Below are positions 61,345 to 64,000 of a stretch of DNA of 64,000 nucleotides, piece after piece. How positions within the stretch are numbered: position 1 is the first letter of the stretch; every line of letters starts with the position of its first letter. The stretch comes from Selaginella moellendorffii. Its lineage: Eukaryota > Plantae > Lycopodiophyta. The stretch covers positions 532,657 to 596,656 of the forward strand of contig NW_003314362.1 of assembly GCF_000143415.4 (NCBI RefSeq), given 5' to 3'. Made by a program: the position numbers and the translations under genes. The notes under the pieces are model-generated. The model had not been told where the DNA came from. It was given only the letters and a program-made list of their open reading frames with translations, and did not search any database.

Positions 61345-62820
61345 TCTTCCTCCATCTCCAGCCGCTAGAATTTTCCCTTGGTCGTTTCCTTATCGCAGAT
61401 CCTTGGAATATTCGCTTTCTTCAACCTCTCGCCAAAAACAGTTACGCGTACGCTCCAATTTTTCCACGACTTGGGTGGCTTCAATCTTCATGTGTTCTTC
61501 ATCTTTTGGTCTTACGCTCCATTTTTGTTCTTCATTCCTTCATGCTCTTCCACCGTTTTTGTTTTACGGTCTTGTTTTTCTTGATTTTTGGGGCTTTTTC
61601 TTCCTATGCCATTTTCTTGTGCGTCTTTGGTCCGTTTTCCTTGAAGTTTTGGGGAAAATGAGCGTTTTGGTCTGCTCTATTCCATGAGCTCTTCACGTTG
61701 TCTCATCCCACCGTGGTCGCCAGTGAAAACTCCTGGAATCTCTGAACTGGGAGGAAAACGTCCACACGAGATTTTCCTAGGAGTTTCAAATCTAATCTAG
61801 TCCCTAAAACTAAAACTACACTACAAGAAGAATGCACTTACCTGCTTGTGCCAAGCCAAGTAGAGACTGTGAACATGTGCTTGAAGGTGCTAGTCCCATG
61901 CCTTTGATCCCTTGAAGGCGGTGGGTAAGTAAGACATTGTTGTGAAGGGCCGAAGAGATAGGCAGAACGACGATGTATTGCAATGTATTTTGTATTAGGG
62001 ATAAGTCTAAAAACATTCTAAGTCCTACTTTTATAGTCGCTACTGCTCACATCAAGGTTAGGAATACAGTCCTAACCTTGAACCTCTCAAGTTTACTTTC
62101 CTAAGCTTGAATCCTCGAGCTTGTCTTTTTCTCCCTTCTCCAATCTCGGACTCAATCTCGAAGTTGATCTCAAACTCGGTCTCGAAGTCGGTCTCAAAAT
62201 CGGTTTTGGACTCGATCTCAAACTCAATCTCATCCAATGAACTCTTTATCATTTCGGTCGTGCTTTTGAGGATCCTTTAGCCTACCACATCTCAGGGAGT
62301 TGGTTCTTTATAAAGGATAGTTGAAGTCAATTGCATATGAGTTGGTGGTGTTTGAATTGATGGGGCATTTTCCACAATCAACAGTTGGCAATGTTATTGC
62401 CTATGATTATTTGACTCAATACCTTCCAAACATCATAGATATGGTACTCCCATCTCCCTCTAAGTGGGTCAAGACATCATCAATGAAGTCAAAAGTCACC
62501 TTCAGTATATCATAAAGAACCTCATCCATCATTTATTGAAAAATCACTAAAGCATTGTTCAAATCGAACAATATCACCAAGAACTTGTACAAACCAAATG
62601 GTGTATGAAAAACAGTCTTAGGAATATCCTCTTTGGCTATAGCACTTGCTGATACCCAAAAACAAAATCTAATTAGTGACCTAATAACTTCTCCTTAGAC
62701 AATTTAAAAGATCAGCAGTGTGAGGAAGAAGGTACACATCTGGGATAGTCACTTTGTTTAACAAATGATAATTGATGTAGAAATTAATACTCCTATCAGC
62801 GGTTTATCACAAAATGAAGT

Positions 62821-63375
62821 NNNNNNNNNNNNNNNNNNNNNNNNNNNNNNNNNNNNNNNNNNNNNNNNNNNNNNNNNNNNNNNNNNNNNNNNNNNNNNNN
62901 NNNNNNNNNNNNNNNNNNNNNNNNNNNNNNNNNNNNNNNNNNNNNNNNNNNNNNNNNNNNNNNNNNNNNNNNNNNNNNNNNNNNNNNNNNNNNNNNNNNN
63001 NNNNNNNNNNNNNNNNNNNNNNNNNNNNNNNNNNNNNNNNNNNNNNNNNNNNNNNNNNNNNNNNNNNNNNNNNNNNNNNNNNNNNNNNNNNNNNNNNNNN
63101 NNNNNNNNNNNNNNNNNNNNNNNNNNNNNNNNNNNNNNNNNNNNNNNNNNNNNNNNNNNNNNNNNNNNNNNNNNNNNNNNNNNNNNNNNNNNNNNNNNNN
63201 NNNNNNNNNNNNNNNNNNNNNNNNNNNNNNNNNNNNNNNNNNNNNNNNNNNNNNNNNNNNNNNNNNNNNNNNNNNNNNNNNNNNNNNNNNNNNNNNNNNN
63301 NNNNNNNNNNNNNNNNNNNNNNNNNNNNNNNNNNNNNNNNNNNNNNNNNNNNNNNNNNNNNNNNNNNNNNNNNNN
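62821..63375. other. Assembly gap (N)
   Basis: N run. Confidence 1.
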
Positions 63376-64000
63376 TCGGACTTTAATTCGGCATATGACA
63401 ACAGGAACCTTGATTAGATGAGCATCCCCAGTTAGAATAAAATGATGTGTTGTAGTCTTAACCCCCAGACAACAAGTTAAATTCAAAAAGATTGGCATAT
63501 TCTTTCATGATTTGGTCAACCATTGCAATATAAAGATTATCAGAGGGATATAAAGAGAGAATAGAGGAACAAAATAGAAATATAAGAGGACGTAATGAAG
63601 AGATTAAAGTGATGGAAGTAAAAGTAGAAGAATAAAGAGGAATAGAAGTGAGAAGAATGAAAGAAATATTAGGAAGTATAAATCAAGGGGGAAAGGCCTC
63701 AAAGTCACATTTGGTATGATTATGTTACAATTAATCTATACCAAGGATAAGGTCAAAAACATGATTTAGCAGTATCTATAACGACTAAAGTTTAAGCTCA
63801 AAATTGCCCATGCACACAACTAGGTTTGCCTCATCTCATACACATAGCCATTGCTATAAAGAATAAAATTTAGCTTTGCTACACAACATAAATATAGATG
63901 GCAATATGTGGCAATAGGCTGAATAATAAAAGATGAATTTGAGCTTGTATTAACTAACACAGAGAGCATAATAAAAAATCTTTTGTTATATAAGCGAATT

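Larger units (their letters stand above)
56539..62142 (-). mobile_element. Pol-less LTR element E (5604 bp)
   Basis: 419-bp LTRs at 56539-56957 and 61724-62142; TSD ATCTC; PBS TGGCGACCACGGTGGG, matching the 3' end of plant tRNA-Arg(UCG) as I recall it. Confidence 0.92.
55536..62312 (-). mobile_element. Solo LTR family A split by element E
   Basis: tgtaagccac...ctttata termini; TSD AAGGA at 55531-55535 and 62313-62317. Confidence 0.85.
53700..64000 (-). mobile_element. Decayed gypsy element (family D) with internal inversion and nested insertions
   Basis: Integrase C-half on minus at 53850-54549 (SAYHPQINGLV); RNase H and integrase N-half on plus at 54550-55535 and 62318-62420; RT on minus from 62420 (FHTPFGLYKF). 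Confidence 0.7.

Noticed and set aside
62758-63498. ORFs across the second gap
   Set aside because: N-run artefact.

Overview
Plant nuclear DNA with GC-rich short-intron genes among AT-rich decayed transposons. The PPR style and ~50-nt introns suggest a non-seed plant such as Selaginella (inference only). Host genes are few: the 3' end of a SAM methyltransferase (3-677), a two-exon F-box gene (47408-48837), a frameshifted bulb-type lectin and a PPR remnant. About 3.7-42 kb is a nest of Ty3/gypsy elements at least four layers deep. An old chromovirus remnant holds a full-length chromovirus 'X' (16832-40209, TSD GTTAA). X holds a 15.2-kb TIR DNA transposon (20572-35798, 4-bp TSD ATAG), which holds a Cassandra TRIM (32378-32999, TSD ATTTG) and a 5S-rRNA-bearing insert. 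Main highlights: (1) the DNA transposon encodes a DDE transposase plus a ParB-like/FCP1-like cargo gene and carries over 20 copies of a 22-bp palindrome ATGGCRTGWGGCCWCAYGCCAT that I see only inside it; (2) the integrase of X contains two tiny GT-AG introns (47 and 51 nt) whose removal exactly restores the conserved protein; (3) Cassandra shares termini, PBS and PPT with the X family; (4) a pol-less gag element with two extra 5' ORFs lies at 56539-62142. All calls were made by eye, with no database searches.
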